A DNA stretch of 64,000 nucleotides from Octopus vulgaris (GCA_951406725.2 OX597816.1:125860001-125924000), one strand, 5' to 3'; shown: positions 44,224 through 59,228, numbered from the stretch's first letter. Numbers and translations are program-made. The notes: generated by a model not told the origin, from the sequence alone.

Positions 44224-44547
44224 TATTCAGATATGTACATATATATACATACACATGTACATATATATATATATACATACATATATATATATATATATCT
44301 ATCTATATATACATATAGTTATATATACATATATATATATATATTTACATTTATATATACATATATATACTCATATATATACACTTATATATACATATAG
44401 ATACACACACACATATATATATTGTTTATTTAGGAATGGTCATTTCCCAGTTTAGCCTATATATATATATATATATACATATGTGTGTGTATATATATAT
44501 ATATACACATATGTGTGTGTGTATATATATATATATACACATATGTG

Positions 44548-44587
<40 letters not shown>

Positions 44588-44648
44588 GACATATATGTAT
44601 ACATATATATATATATATAGACATATATGTATATCTATCTATATATGT

Positions 44649-44815
44649 AAAAGCAGCAGAAATTCAACAAAACCTGTTACTCTGAGTTTCATGCTCCCGT
44701 TCGTCGGACAGTTTTGTTGTCCGACGAACGGGAACATGAAACTCAGAGTAACAGGTCTTGTTGAATTTCTCCTGCTTTAAATAAAGCATATTACTCTACC
44801 CCTGTTTCACATTTA
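44649..44815. repeat. Near-perfect fold-back (arms 44649-44710 / 44718-44780), probable PLE terminus
   Basis: CCTGTTACTCTGAGTTTCATGCTCCCGTTCGTCGGACA pairs with TGTCCGACGAACGGGAACATGAAACTCAGAGTAACAGG. Confidence 0.92.
44674..44711 (-). ncRNA. Putative type I hammerhead ribozyme variant (CCGACGA core)
   Basis: CUGU-CCGACGA-ACGGGAGCAU-GAA-ACUCAGAGU-A-ACAG: stem I CUGU/ACAG, GUA cleavage triplet; mirror copy on + at 44718-44754. Confidence 0.55.
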
Positions 44816-44921
44816 TGTGTTTACTCCAGTGTATCTATATATGTATCTATATATACATATATATATTTATATATATATAAATATGTATGTATATATATAT
44901 ATATATATATATATAAATATG

Positions 44922-44959
<38 letters not shown>

Positions 44960-44961
44960 TG

Positions 44962-44997
<36 letters not shown>

Positions 44998-44999
44998 TG

Positions 45000-45046
<47 letters not shown>

Positions 45047-45079
45047 ATATATCTATATATATATATATATATAAATATG

Positions 45080-45163
<84 letters not shown>

Positions 45164-45168
<5 letters not shown>

Positions 45169-46040
45169 TTAGAGATAAAAACCACTAATACGCAAATCAA
45201 ACAGTGAAAAAAATTAATTAATAAAAAATATATAAAATATGGTTTTACTCTTTATCTTATATTAAACTTTTAATACTTTTTGATAGTTATATATATATAT
45301 ATACTAGCAGTATCGCCCGGCGTTGCTCAGGTTTGTAAGGAAATAACTATAAAGAATTTTTAGAGAGTTATAGCCAAAAAATAGCAAAAAATGGAAAAAA
45401 ATGATGGTAAATTTTTTTTTGAGATTTAAAAAAGGTGGAGTTGCGTCCCCTAGACAGTTTGTGGTTCGTGTTTCTGATTCTCGACCCCATGTCGAATTTA
45501 TCGATTTTTTTCAGAACTGGGGGAACTTTTCAAAATTTTCGCTGCGTTAGTTTTGAATTATGACATTGGGCTATGTGTGTGTCAAGTTTCATCAGAATCG
45601 GTTGAAAGCCGTGGTCAGGGTGAGGGTACTAGAAAACAGACACACAGAAACACGCACAGACAAACTGCCGTTTATATAGAGAGATATATATATATATATA
45701 TATATAAAAAAATATTTTTTTAAAATAAATAATAATAAAAATAAAAATAAAATATATATATATATATATATATAAATTTATAAGTATAAATTATTAATTT
45801 AAATAATCTTTTAAATTTTAACTTTAAATTTATATAATTTAAATTTTCAATTTTCAATTTTATATATTTTTTATTAATTAATTTTATTTCCATGTATTGG
45901 TTTATGATTTTCACTGTTTGATTTGCCTAATAGTGGTTTTATCTCTAATTTAATATATATATTTATACTATAAAATTAGATTTAATCCTAAATCTAATTT
46001 TTTCCTGTAAGTTTGAATTTACTCCCTAATATTATTATAT
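45164..46040. repeat. Inverted repeat pair (45164-45210 / ~45908-45952) with a 3' extension, interrupted by a Helitron
   Basis: TTAAATTAGAGATAAAACCACTA..CAAATCAAACAGTGAAAA pairs with TTTTCACTGTTTGATTTG..TAGTGGTTTTATCTCTAATTTAA. Confidence 0.8.
45304..45684 (-). mobile_element. Short non-autonomous Helitron (381 bp)
   Basis: 5' A|TCTCTCTATATAAA, (GT/CT)-rich tract, 3' hairpin CCTGAGCAACGCCGGG then CTAG|T. Confidence 0.85.
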
Positions 46041-46147
46041 CTATCTATATATATATATATATACATATATATATACACACACACACACACACATATATAT
46101 GTATTTGTATATATATATATATAGATCTATATATATACATATATATG

Positions 46148-46280
<133 letters not shown>

Positions 46281-46295
46281 GTACATATATATGTT

Positions 46296-46328
<33 letters not shown>

Positions 46329-46463
46329 ATTATATATATACATACATATATAAACACATATATACATATATAGATATATATATACACATATATAAACATA
46401 TATATATACATATATATAGAGATATAAATATATAAACATAAATATACATATATAAAGATATAA

Positions 46464-46518
<55 letters not shown>

Positions 46519-46519
46519 C

Positions 46520-46854
46520 TTGGTAATATTCTACTGCTTTCTTTTGCTGAACATGCTCAGTTATGGAGATATAATCACACCAGCAGCAACTATTAAGCTG
46601 TGCAACAAACTAATCCCAATACACAGACAGAGAATTGTGTGTGTATGTGTGTGTGTATATATATACATATATGTATACACACTCATACACACACACAATG
46701 ATATTCTTTCAGGTTCCATCTACCTAATGCACTCAAGGCTCTGGTTGGCCTAAGGCTATTTCTGAAGACAACTGCAATGTTCCATGCAGTGGAACTGAAC
46801 CCAGGGCCATGTGATTGTGAAGCAAACTTCTCACCACACAGCCTTGATTGCACC

Positions 46855-46855
<1 letters not shown>
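46520..46855 (-). mobile_element. Old copy of the CR1-tailed SINE
   Basis: Degenerate match to 24670-24956 (CAGTGGAACTGAACCCAGGGCCATGTG, CCACACAGCC). Confidence 0.65.
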
Positions 46856-46885
<30 letters not shown>

Positions 46886-47189
46886 TTGAATATATATACA
46901 TTCAAATACATGTCAATATATACACACACACAAATATAAATACTCATACACAAACAATCAGTACAAGTCTGAGCAAAAATTCTTATGGAAGATCAGCAAT
47001 CACCCAGGTATACTTTTATATGTATTTATGCATACATATGTATGTGTGTATAAGTATATATATTTATGTATACATATATATATTTGTGTGTAACTTTATT
47101 TATCTATGAGTGTATGTAAAGAACATAAATGGGGTTTTAAATTTACTACTGTTGTTTTGGCAGAATTTCTTTGATGTAATCATATTACA

Positions 47190-47405
47190 TTGTAGCATAT
47201 TCCTCAGCACACTGACGTTGTCCAAGGAAAAGCAGAGGCCAATGCAGCTAGGCACCAGTGTCATTGCAACTCATTTCTACAGGTGAGTGAACTAGAGGAA
47301 TGTGAAAAAAAGAGTCTTGCTCAAGAGCACAACACACAGCCTTGTCCTGGAATAGAAGTCAAAGCCACAAACAATTGTAAGCCTGACAGAAATCACTGAG
47401 CCATA
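47190..47405 (-). mobile_element. Old tRNA-derived SINE fragment
   Basis: GTCTTGCTCAAGAGCACAACAC core (reverse complement of the TTGAGCAA core at 26110). Confidence 0.55.
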
Positions 47406-48659
47406 AATATACACACATACTTATGCATGTGTGTGTTGATGCTTAGTTACTGCTATCAAGTAAGACAGAGAGACACCGGGAAACAGAAGCATGTGCACAC
47501 ATATGTATAAGACAGTTTCACCTGGGGCTGCAATAAAAGACACTTGTCAACATGACACAATGACATTGAGCCTGCAACTATATGGTTGGGAAATGAACTT
47601 AACTTTATGTACTTCTCTACTTGTAAGGCTCAGTTACAATGTATGACTGTAGAATTCTGGTATATTACATGAGTAGTCAACTTACTGTGTTACAAATCAT
47701 ATATTGAATGTTCAAATTTGGTACATAATAATGCTTGTTTTAGTTTGCCTCGGGGACAGCATATACATCTTTACAACTGAATGATAAATGCCACTAGCAT
47801 CAGTCTCAACAAAGATTTGCTACAAAAAGAAATATTTCTCCTAGCAAAAAATGGATGTAAATTATTAAAACAAAGTGCAAATTCCAGTTTATAAATTATA
47901 AAATCCTTCTCAAGGTATTTTGTAATTTGAGTTATTAAACAAACATGAAAGTTATTTTATGTTTGCACAAATATGTAAAATGACTTCACTTTGAAATAAA
48001 ACTTTCAAAGATGCCCCAATCTGTAGTGACTAACAAAATATTCTAATATCCAATGTTTCTTGTATGGAAAACTGGCTCCAACAGGAAGCTTAGGTATATG
48101 CTACACAAAACAATATTTAAATACTGAAAGGAGTAAAATAGAAAATGATAATCAAGGCTGTTGAAAGCTATCTTGTGAGTTTTAGATATATCTCTTATTT
48201 AAGGCAATTATACATTTTGAATATTTAAAATTTTTTTAAAATAACAAGTCAAGCCAGTAATAAAATGGCAGAGACTATAAACCAACAAAGAAGCCTCTAT
48301 GCAATTGATTGACCTGCAAGAAATAGGAGCTAAATCACCCTCAAATCTCATACTACCATTTTAAAAGCAAGGCTTACATAGATAATGTGATACTTGACAC
48401 ACTGTGTAAGAAAAAAGGATGGCATAGTCATGACTGGAATGCTTTGATCAAAGGCATTCTCAACCAAAGTTGACTTGGGGCTAAACATCAACTGATACTT
48501 TCTAACAACATAACAACAGCTTCAATGAGGTAAATGTGATACCTCATTAAACAAAAGTAATTTTAAATTATAATTTTTTATTGCCATTTGTAAATAGTTC
48601 CAATTCATCATATCTGACAGAGAAGTAAATCAAATCATAAACTAAAAGATCATGTTCTT

Positions 48660-48885
48660 TTAATGATTTAATGTTTAAACTGGCCATATCTGGTTCAAAT
48701 ATTCCAGCCGTTTTATGTTCAAACTGGCAAGATTCAGCCTCTTACACCTACCCGACAATGTTATTCAAAAACTAAACAAACACTATCAAAATCTCAAAGC
48801 AACTAGATAATGCATGATTAATTCAATACAATACAAATAAATAAGCATTACATTTGACCGAGTCATTTGAATACTAAAGGGTTAA
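48660..48885. mobile_element. piggyBac-like MITE remnant
   Basis: Right end TGAATACTAAAGGG-TTAA; left end decayed. Confidence 0.45.
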
Positions 48886-51800
48886 ATATGTAGTCAATGA
48901 TGGAAGTATGTCAACAGATTAATTACAGTGCAACTAGCCATCTAGGAATACTATTAGATGTGCAGACATTGCAATGAAGAATTTCAAATACTGAAATCTT
49001 AAAAATACAATAAATTATATATAGGAAAATACAGATTCAGTAAAATGATAAACTATAAAACTAATCTCTAACAATGACAAATGTCTTAAAATTTTCATTG
49101 ACAAAAGCATTACAGAAATGTTCATTATGGCTTGTCTTCGAAAATGCCACCCAATTCTCAACAAAAAGTTTCTTAACAGTTGAACATACAAAAATTCACT
49201 TGCAAAACATTGAAATAAACAAATGACATCATTGGTAGAAAAACGATTTGCAATGAGAAGTCTTAATGTGAATATTGCAGGCTGTTACATATAAAATTAA
49301 GATAACTTGAAATCACTGGAATTTGATAGGTAATAAATAATTGGTCAGGAACTATAAATCAAAATCAATAAATTTTAAAAGAAATATCACAAAGAAAAAA
49401 CTGAATATATAAATATAAATTAAATAGAAGCAAGAAGATCTGTCCATTGGCATTCTAAGTCAATGAACATGCCTTCATTATATTATGACTTATGGTTTAC
49501 TAATATCAGTATACTAGTACAATGTTTATATATGGATCCATCATAATTTGAAATGTCAAAAATAACATATTATTAAGGAAATCTAAAAGTTTTAGAGTTC
49601 CTTTAGGATGAATTCGACTTCTTTCAAACATTCTTAATAATAGTATTAATAATAGTAATTTTTAAATTAATCTTTAGCTTAGATAAATTCAAACTGAAAA
49701 AGCTTTGTTTTTCTTTTTTACTTTACACTAACTAGTTGAGAATAACTTCTATTTGCTTTTTTTTAAAAGCATATTCAAATCCATTCATGCTTATAAACAT
49801 AAAGTCAACAAAAGATTAAGATTTAATTTGCTCTAGTATGAAATAGAAAATAAAAAATAAGATAACAATTAAAGATGTGTGTAGATTATTATCACAGTGA
49901 TGATAGCTTAACAACAAAAGCTGTATTAAACAGAAATGATTTCAATTTAAACAAATATCAAAATTTATTTAGACATAGATGTTGATGAATACCAACAATT
50001 AAGTAAAGAGCATATCTTCAGTTTTAATTTCATTACATCTTAGAAACAAAAGAAATATTAACCTGCACATGTAACATAAAATAGAAGAAGGGAAAATACT
50101 ACAAAACAAAAGAATACACAGAAAAAGAAACAGAGTAAATTGCATTTCCAGAATGTATATAATTTTAAAATTCTAAAATAAAGTTGAGAAGAAAAAAATA
50201 CCTAGAGGTGATAGCTACCAACAGCTAACTTTTAGTACCATTAACTACTGATTTCTACAAACACACTTTCTTTTTTATTTAATAAATATAAAATCTGGTT
50301 TTATATTTCACTGAAATGAATCTAAAATAAAAAATGTACAATATGTTAATAAAATTTAGTACAGAGATCTAAACACTAAGTAGTACCGGTACTCAACTGA
50401 GAACATTTTACCCAAACTAAGTTTGTAGATAAATACTAAAATATAGAAAAGATACTGTAGTCACTCATAAGGAGGAAACAGAAAATAAAGGTACAAAATA
50501 ATTTTGTTCAACTCATTTGATAAATTGGTAACAAATCAAATGAACTTTGTAAAATTTGTATGTGTGTTTGTTTTAATAGTAAACTATAAGAAGAATAGGA
50601 TAATACTATACTGAAGAGAATCATCTACAGAAAATAATTTTTGCTTCATTCCATTTTGATTATTCTTTACTCTTACTGGCAGTTTAATCACATTATTTGC
50701 AATACAATATGACAGTAAGAGAAAATACCTTTTGACTCAATGCTTATGGTGCACTGGGATTATGTAAAAGAGAGAGAGAGTAGAGAAGAAGGAAAAAGAT
50801 GAGAGAGGAAGTAAGAGGAAAAAGAAGAGGGTATGATGTAGAAACAATAAGAAAAGGAGTTCAATATGAATAATTAATATCTTTAATCCAAAGCAAAAAC
50901 ACTAACTGAATCAATAATTTTAATGATACTATTTTATGTCCTAGCATGAGAGACCAAAAATAAACACCGGCAGGATTTGAACTCAGAACAATGAAATAAA
51001 TACTTCACTAAGTTAAACTTTATATTTTGATCTTCTGAATGTCTGAGCCAATTCCTTCACCATAGAATGAACACATAATGAATGATGCATAAGTTTAATG
51101 TGATGTCGTGGTGGTGGTCGTGGTGGGAGGGTGTTTAGTGCTGCTTCTTAAATAAAATATAAGTAAATTGGTAATGTTTTCAAAGCTCTAAAATATAATC
51201 CAGCACAATATATGAATTTTAGATTTTTGAATATAAAATATTACTAAATAAATTTATTTTCATTTTTGAGATTGCCTAAAACCTTTTAATTATACACTAA
51301 ATGTCATCCCATTTGATTAGACAAATAATGTTATATACATGAAATAAAATGTTAATAGGAAACTATTAAAAATGAATTCAGATAAAGTTAATAATTCAAA
51401 AAGAAATTTTTAAAATAGCATATTCACACTACTAAATCTTACTAATTTACTTTTAGGAAATTTTCTATGATATTTTTGAAACTATGACTGCCTGCATTTA
51501 TTGAAAACTAAAGAATTTTAAAACTACAGCAAACAAAAATAAAGTGTCTAAGCAATTTTTGCAATATCAATTTAATAATTAAGTAATTAATATTGACCAT
51601 ATTTTGAAAGTGAACACTTCCAATGATACATGCTTTAGTTGACTTCAATGAACCAACAGCATCATAAAATTCGTATTTCTATAGCCAATAAGTATTCCTT
51701 AAGTATAAAGCTTAAGTTATATGGTCATAGATTCAACATCAAATTGAACAAACTGTTCAAAACATTACAATAATTATTACTTTTTATACCAAGCTAATTG

Positions 51801-52744
51801 ACAGTAAATGTTCAATAGAAAATTTCTTCAGTTGATCGGTAATTACAGCAAGTCAACCAAAGCAAATATATAATCAATATGTTAATAAAATTAACAATTT
51901 AATAAACACTATATATTTTCTTTAAATGAATTTCATTATACCGTTCATAAAAGTTTTAAAAATTGAAGATTAAATGTACCTTAAATGTTTAGGCTACAAT
52001 TTCATACAAGCTAAAACAATTTATGACAAATATTTGAAAAAAACAAACAAACTATCATATGACAAAGAGGCTGAAAATACATGTAACAAAATAGTTAATC
52101 TCTTGCCAGCTAAGATTAAATACATACAAATCTCCTTTATTAAAATAAATCCAACTAATTTTTAGATAAATACATTTATAAAAATTGAGATATATTTGTT
52201 CTTTATTTTTTTCCAAATTGCAAAAATATATTTTAAAAATGAAAGACTTAAGCTTATGTTGAAAATATTTTTAATTATTCATAGTTTACCTTCAAGAGAT
52301 TAAGCATTTATAAAATACTATATTTAAAATATTTTACAGACAAAAGTAGGAAAAAAAAAAGAGGCAAATACTCCAATATAAACCATAAAATAATCTGGTT
52401 AAACTATAGATTATCACTACAAATGATAGATAGTGCTATTTAATGATTTATAGTTTTACCCCTCCATACTGAAACAACTTAATTTCCATATGGCAAAATG
52501 AGTTCAAACACTTTAATTAAATATTAGAAACAGATACAAGTATAAAAATCCCTATATCTACAAACTCATTTTTCAATGAAACAATCTAAACACAAGAAAG
52601 ATTTAAGTAAGCATGGTGTCTGTATTTTATAATGATTGCCACAATATAGTCATATTTCTTCCTTGTATTCAGTTTTTAGGTCTTCAACAATAAATAAATG
52701 TAAGTGAATATTGAATGTTAAGGTACAGGAATTAAAAAAAAAAC

Positions 52745-52828
52745 CTGTATGAAGGTCTAGTTCCTAGAGCACTGCAAAGGTCTTGGACAAATATCCCCAC
52801 AGGATATTTTTCAATTCCACATGAGGTT
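52745..52828 (-). CDS. Candidate 84-nt cassette exon of an unidentified host gene
   Basis: CCTTTAACAG acceptor, open phase 2-2 frame TSCGIEKYPVGIFVQDLCSALGTRPSY, AG|GT donor (weak, followed by a T-run). Confidence 0.3.
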
Positions 52829-53221
52829 CTGTTAAAGGTTTAAAGCCCACTGTTCAACAAAATGAACTGAAGTAGATAAATTTGCTTATTCAGAAACAGA
52901 AATATCTATAATGGTATAAACATTCAACCCAAGCACCAGAATCCCAATAATTTATCCACCCTCCCATTTTTTTTTATTTGTGTGTGTACATGTGAGAGTA
53001 TGTGTGTATATGCATATCTAATTTTATGCATATTTACAATTGATGTTCTCTAAAATTATGTACTTCACAATAAGCATTTTAGTGTACATTATGTACTCAT
53101 TCACTCACACATACAACCCATACACATGGATGTGAAAGTATTGGGGCATATATATATGCACACGTGAGTGTGTGAATATATATATTCATACACACGTACA
53201 TACATGCACACACACATATAC

Positions 53222-53263
<42 letters not shown>

Positions 53264-53537
53264 TTATATATACATATATTCTCATACATACATGCACTAA
53301 CACACAGATATGCCTGCATACGTACTTACAGATAAAGAAACACACACACACATTTAAATATATCAGTTAGGGTCATTGATGAAGCCAGTGTCTGAAATTA
53401 CTTCCTGCTGACAAAAAGCAGCTGATAAAAAAGCCAAACACATTGAGGTATATATCTGAATAGCAGTCAAATATAGTTTGCAAATAACAGGACACAGCTT
53501 TCAACATCTGCTCAGGAGGCTTAAGTTCGAAACTTAC

Positions 53538-53606
53538 ATTGACGGATCTTCCAGCTCATGGCTCCAAGTATGTGATTCTAGAAGCTCGTCACTTCTTCTG
53601 TCTTTC
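53538..53606 (-). CDS. Candidate 69-nt cassette exon of an unidentified host gene
   Basis: CATAG acceptor, consensus GTAAGT donor; only the phase 2-2 frame is open (KDRRSDELLESHTWSHELEDPS); locally GC-richer than its flanks. Confidence 0.5.
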
Positions 53607-54625
53607 CTATGGTACATATATGTAACAATGGTATATTGAAAAATGGTTCAATGACTTCAATATAGTCCTTAATCTAATAAATATTTATAAAACTAAAAGA
53701 ACAGAAGTAAAATTCAAGAAATATATATGTATATATGAATATATATGTATATACATGCATACATACAAGCATACCACCAAATGTCCAAACATACAACATA
53801 TAAGTAAAAACTCATTTCTTAATACTAAGCATAAATGTATATATATACACAAAGATATACATGTATATACATATACACACATATATATATATACATGTAT
53901 ATACTAATAATGTAAAGTATATAAAGTTCGGACAACTGGATATTGATACTGCTTTGCAAAGCAGTATCATAAAATATATATGTATATATATGTACATATT
54001 CATAAATATATATATATATATATATGTGTATATATCTGTGTATGTATATATACATATACATATATATCTATATATATATGTATGTATGTATGTGTGTGTG
54101 TGTGTCTGAGTGTATATATATATATGCATACATACATATAGTTACACTCACATGCACACATACATATACATTTAAAAAGTACATATATATGTATATGTGT
54201 ATAGAAATGCCCATGTGTATGTGTGAACATATACACACATATAAATATCAACAAATATATGTACACACACACATGGACTGAGGCACACGCAAACACTTAT
54301 AAAAGTAATAATGTACTGTGGTATATATACACATATATAAATACATGTATACACATACACATAAATATGCTTCCCATTACACACTCACATATATATACAT
54401 ATAAGTACAGTGTATAAATAAATATATATATATATATATACATACAGATACATATATATATATACATACATACACACATATATATATACATATATATATA
54501 TATACACATACATATATATATATACACATACATATATATATATATACACATACATATATATATATATATACACATACATATATATATACACATACACATA
54601 TATATACACACACACATATATATAC

Positions 54626-54688
<63 letters not shown>

Positions 54689-57062
54689 AACAACCATAAA
54701 AATAAACCACCCACACATGCACAACCTTTGGAAAGTTTGTGCAGGAGCATATTTCAATATTTGACATATACAAACAAGTATGGGATGGCGTTATACATGT
54801 GAACTTTCGTTTGGTTGATTATGCAAGAATATATATATATGCATAAACATACATTTATATGTACATTCATGTACATATATTTATACACATATATACATGT
54901 GCATATATATATGCACACATACATATATATCCACATATACATACGTATATATATATATATGTATATATATGCATATATACATAAATATAATAAAGCATTT
55001 CTATTTTTCTATCAGTACTTTTAGTCCAAAAAGCACCCACATATGCAGACGTTTTCACATACATACATACATATATATATACATACATATACATGAACAC
55101 ATATACATACGTATATATGTACTTATATATCTAAAGTATTCACATCTGAAAAAGGAGAGAAATTAAAGAAAATTAAGAGAGGAAAGATGAGTAGAAAATA
55201 TAGACTAATTGTACTATAATTAGTTTCTATCACAGCTGAAAGCAAAGTGTGACACATGTCGATAAGCTGGGTCTATTGTGGCCACTGTTATTTCCACCAT
55301 ACATGGTTATTCAAGCAAATTGAATAACTATAGTGTCAACTGGAATGATACGGAGAAAGGGATTTATGCATTCTCTTTTTTTTTTCCACCACAATTAATT
55401 TTTATCCAGTTGACAGGAATTGGCTAAGCCATCCAGATTTTAGTTTGACTAAATATGCTATATATTAAAGTAAATAAAAACACTCCTTACTTGGTTTTGT
55501 GTCATAAAAATGACATTAGAAATATCCTTCATACTATTGGATTTAAATGTGAAATTCATACACTGACTTTCAATAATTTCCGGTGCTTTTCTAATCATGT
55601 TGGTAATAAAGAAGAAAAAATATTATATTTAATAAAAAAGAAAAGATAACATCACCATTTCCCCTATCACCTTTCTCACCACCACAAAATATCTTATGTA
55701 AAATTTAATATTGCAAGATATACCTGAATGTCAAATAGATTTTGATGTTCTGAGTTTAAAAATAACTCCAAAACCACAAACTCACATAAAATAGCAGCCA
55801 AGAAAGAATATTAAAAATGAAACAAAAAAAAACATGTAAAATAACAAATCTCAATAGAAAAGTTCCAATATTCTATGAATGCAAAAATGAGTTGAAAACT
55901 GCCTCCTTATGATTAACTAAAATTTACTGGTGCTTTATATTTTTGGTTTGAATTAAAATATATTTATCTAACAGAAAGAAGTCATTTTAGAAATGTAGTT
56001 TATTAATGTCACCTATTACAATATGTTAGTAATTTTAATCAAGACTTATAAACATAAACAAATGACTATTGATTTCGTTATGTAATATTTACTATATGTA
56101 TATTATAATACATCCATCCATACATATGTATTTCATAAAGCAATTTTTAATATATATGTATTATGTCTATATATATGTATATCTACATATTAGATAACAT
56201 AAAATTAAAAAAAAACTATAAATGATAAAATGGTTGGGATTCTTTGTTTAATCAAATAATTGAACTTAAAATTCATTGCTCTTTACGCATTTTATCGAAT
56301 GAAAGAAAAAGGTGTCAAGGATGTGTCCCCACAACATAATTTGCAACTATACACAGAATGTAATACTTGTTTTCCGAGTATTTTAGTGTCTAATATCTTA
56401 TTTATTGAAAATAGCCTCTTAGATCTTAAATTTACAATGAAATTAAGAGTTTGACCAAAAATGAAAATTAAATATTATGAGTGTGATTTAGTTGACTAAG
56501 TAAAAAGAAATGTATTTTGAATCAATCTTTGTTTATATAAAACAAAACCTAAACAAAACTTCTAATGAATATCACAAGAATTTTGACAAAAATGAAAGAA
56601 ATAGCAGCCACAAGGAAAAAAAAAATCTAGCCATTTCAAAGTCTTCCCAAAGTTACAGAATGAATAAGAATAAAAATATTTGTGTATGTTTTACAACATT
56701 CTAAACTGCATTTTATTACTTTAACTGTATTGTTCAAAGCAAATAATAACTGCCAATCCATGATACAGAAACTGAATCTAGAAAAACTAAGCTATAAACA
56801 ATAGCTAAGATAAAATTAGACTGCAATGCCTTAAAAAAGTAGATGAGAAATAACCATATCAAGAAAAATAACTAATGACAAATTTATAAAATTTACTAAG
56901 AGACATTCTTCAGAAAAAACTATCAAGAATTTAGTCTTCACGAAGGAAAGCTTAGTTAGTAGTAAGGTGTGTACACAGCCAAAGGCACAAGTGACCACAA
57001 ATGTGTACTAGTAGAAGTATCAGTAACATCAAAACCATGCAAGAGAAAAAAGACAGATTTAC

Positions 57063-57086
57063 CTTTCCGCAAAAAATACGAATGGC
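57063..57086 (-). CDS. Candidate 24-nt microexon
   Basis: TGTCTTTTTTTCATTTTAG|GCCATTCGTATTTTTTGCGGAAAG|GTAAAT; frame-preserving; TGCATG about 22 nt downstream. Confidence 0.55.
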
Positions 57087-59040
57087 CTAAAATGAAAAAA
57101 AGACAATATGAGTCAATCCCCACTAATTCCTCATACTGAACAATAGATAAAATTTGGCTGCATAGAAATTGCTAGGATCTAATTACTACAGACAAATACA
57201 TATCCCTAGAAAAAGGACTACAGCTAGAGAAACTATGTAAAAGATTATGTATACTAAGCTTTGTTTCGGAAAGTAGCAACAAAGATGCAGAGAATAGTTA
57301 AACCAAAAGAAAAAAAAAGAGAGGAAAAAAAAAGACAATGATAGCAAATATTGAGAACAGAGATCTGTCATTATATAAATACCATCTTGCGTAAAGATTT
57401 GACAACAGTGACACTGCCCACAACTACACCATCTGTAACAGAGAACAACAACTAAAACCCATCAAACAAGACAATCACAAAAAAAAAACTTAATTTTTAT
57501 CTGTTTTTTTCTTTTCTCAAATTATTTCTAAAGGAAGTGTAGTTTTAAAAAGACTGCTTTTAAAACTGCATAAAAAATTTATTATCTCAGAGCAACTTAA
57601 GGTAAATAAATGTTGAAGCTTAGAACCCTCATACGATTATCTATACCTAAAACTTAAAAAGCATCAATTATGATAGAAATAAATTATTTTCATTTATTAG
57701 GAATAATATATAAATTTCTAAAAGATACAGAAAATATAATAATTGTCTTTAGCTACAAGTCTGGTGAATCTAAAGGAAGATGACACACCCCCTTTTATAT
57801 ACTAAGAAATGATTATTATGAGAAGTATCTGAAGGCTTAATATATGTTAAAGCATAGCATAATAGAATAGGATTGTCTAGTCCAATGTAACTTTAGTGCA
57901 TATGATGTTACATATAATATATATATATGTATATATATATATATGCATATATATGTATGTGTGAAAAGAAAAAATGAGAAAGATTGAAAGAAACTATGTA
58001 GCTGGCTTCAGCCAAAAGGCTATGGAAATGCACTAATATTTACATCTAGGAATGATGTTAGGATAGACTGAATTATGTGCATTCATATATATATATATGT
58101 GTGTGTGAACAAAGGAACTTTGAAGTAAATGCTACCAAAAAAAATGGCCATTTTTTTCCTACTCTAAGAATATTATCCAAATTATAAGCGGCAACTATTA
58201 GTGGGGTAGAATTTATAAAGGCTAAGCCATATAAGTGAAGAAGAAGGTAGAAAAAAAGAATGAAAACAGTAGGAGAAAATAGAAGTGGCTGGTGAGAGAG
58301 GCTAAGAAAAGAGAAATAGGAAGTCAGAAAATAGTTAGGAAATTTATAGAGTATGTATTTTTTTTAATCGAATGTTCAATGTTTAGTTACATGCTAGAGA
58401 ATGTGAATTTTAATTACTCTGCCAATAATGTAAAAACTTAATTAGTTATGTCCAAGTGACAGATGAAAGAAATCAGAGAGTGTTACAATATCTCATGTAT
58501 GAAAATTATCTCAATCAAGAGGCTTTTTTTTTTATTTTTGCATGGAAAAACCTGAATGATGCAATTAATTCCCTAGTGAAAATATACTATGAAAAATGAA
58601 GATGTATTATATATTGTAATGAGTCAATAACATTCTAGAAAATGATTTAGTAGAAATGCTTTCATGAAGAATGTATATGAATGGTAGATACAATATCTTA
58701 TCAAATAAATGGAATGGCCACAAATTTACATTCAGCATTTGATAGAAATAAAAATCTTCAATGACAATCAGCAAAGGTCATAAAAATTAATGAATAATTA
58801 AAAGCATAAAGTGAAAACTACATATAAAATAGAATATTCGATCTGGGACAACAAGGTTTCAACTATAAATTTCAATAAATTTCAATGATAATTAGTTCAA
58901 ATTCTTAATATAGAAAAAAAAAAAAACAGTGTCTTCCAAATGAATCAACAATACAAAACTTAAATCTAAATATCTTCATGAAAACACTAGAATGCAAAGT
59001 TTCAGAATAGTGGTGATTTGCATATGTGCATGTATGTATG

Positions 59041-59076
<36 letters not shown>

Positions 59077-59077
59077 A

Positions 59078-59118
<41 letters not shown>

Positions 59119-59131
59119 TATACATATATAA

Positions 59132-59174
<43 letters not shown>

Positions 59175-59187
59175 TATACATATATAA

Positions 59188-59228
<41 letters not shown>

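Noticed and set aside
50201-50253. Minus-strand exon bounded by AG/GT
   Set aside because: Stop codons in all three frames
55491-55590. 100-nt minus-strand exon (KAPEIIESQC..)
   Set aside because: Open frame and splice-like ends, but it goes phase 2 to 0, incompatible with the neighbouring candidates; not called without transcripts
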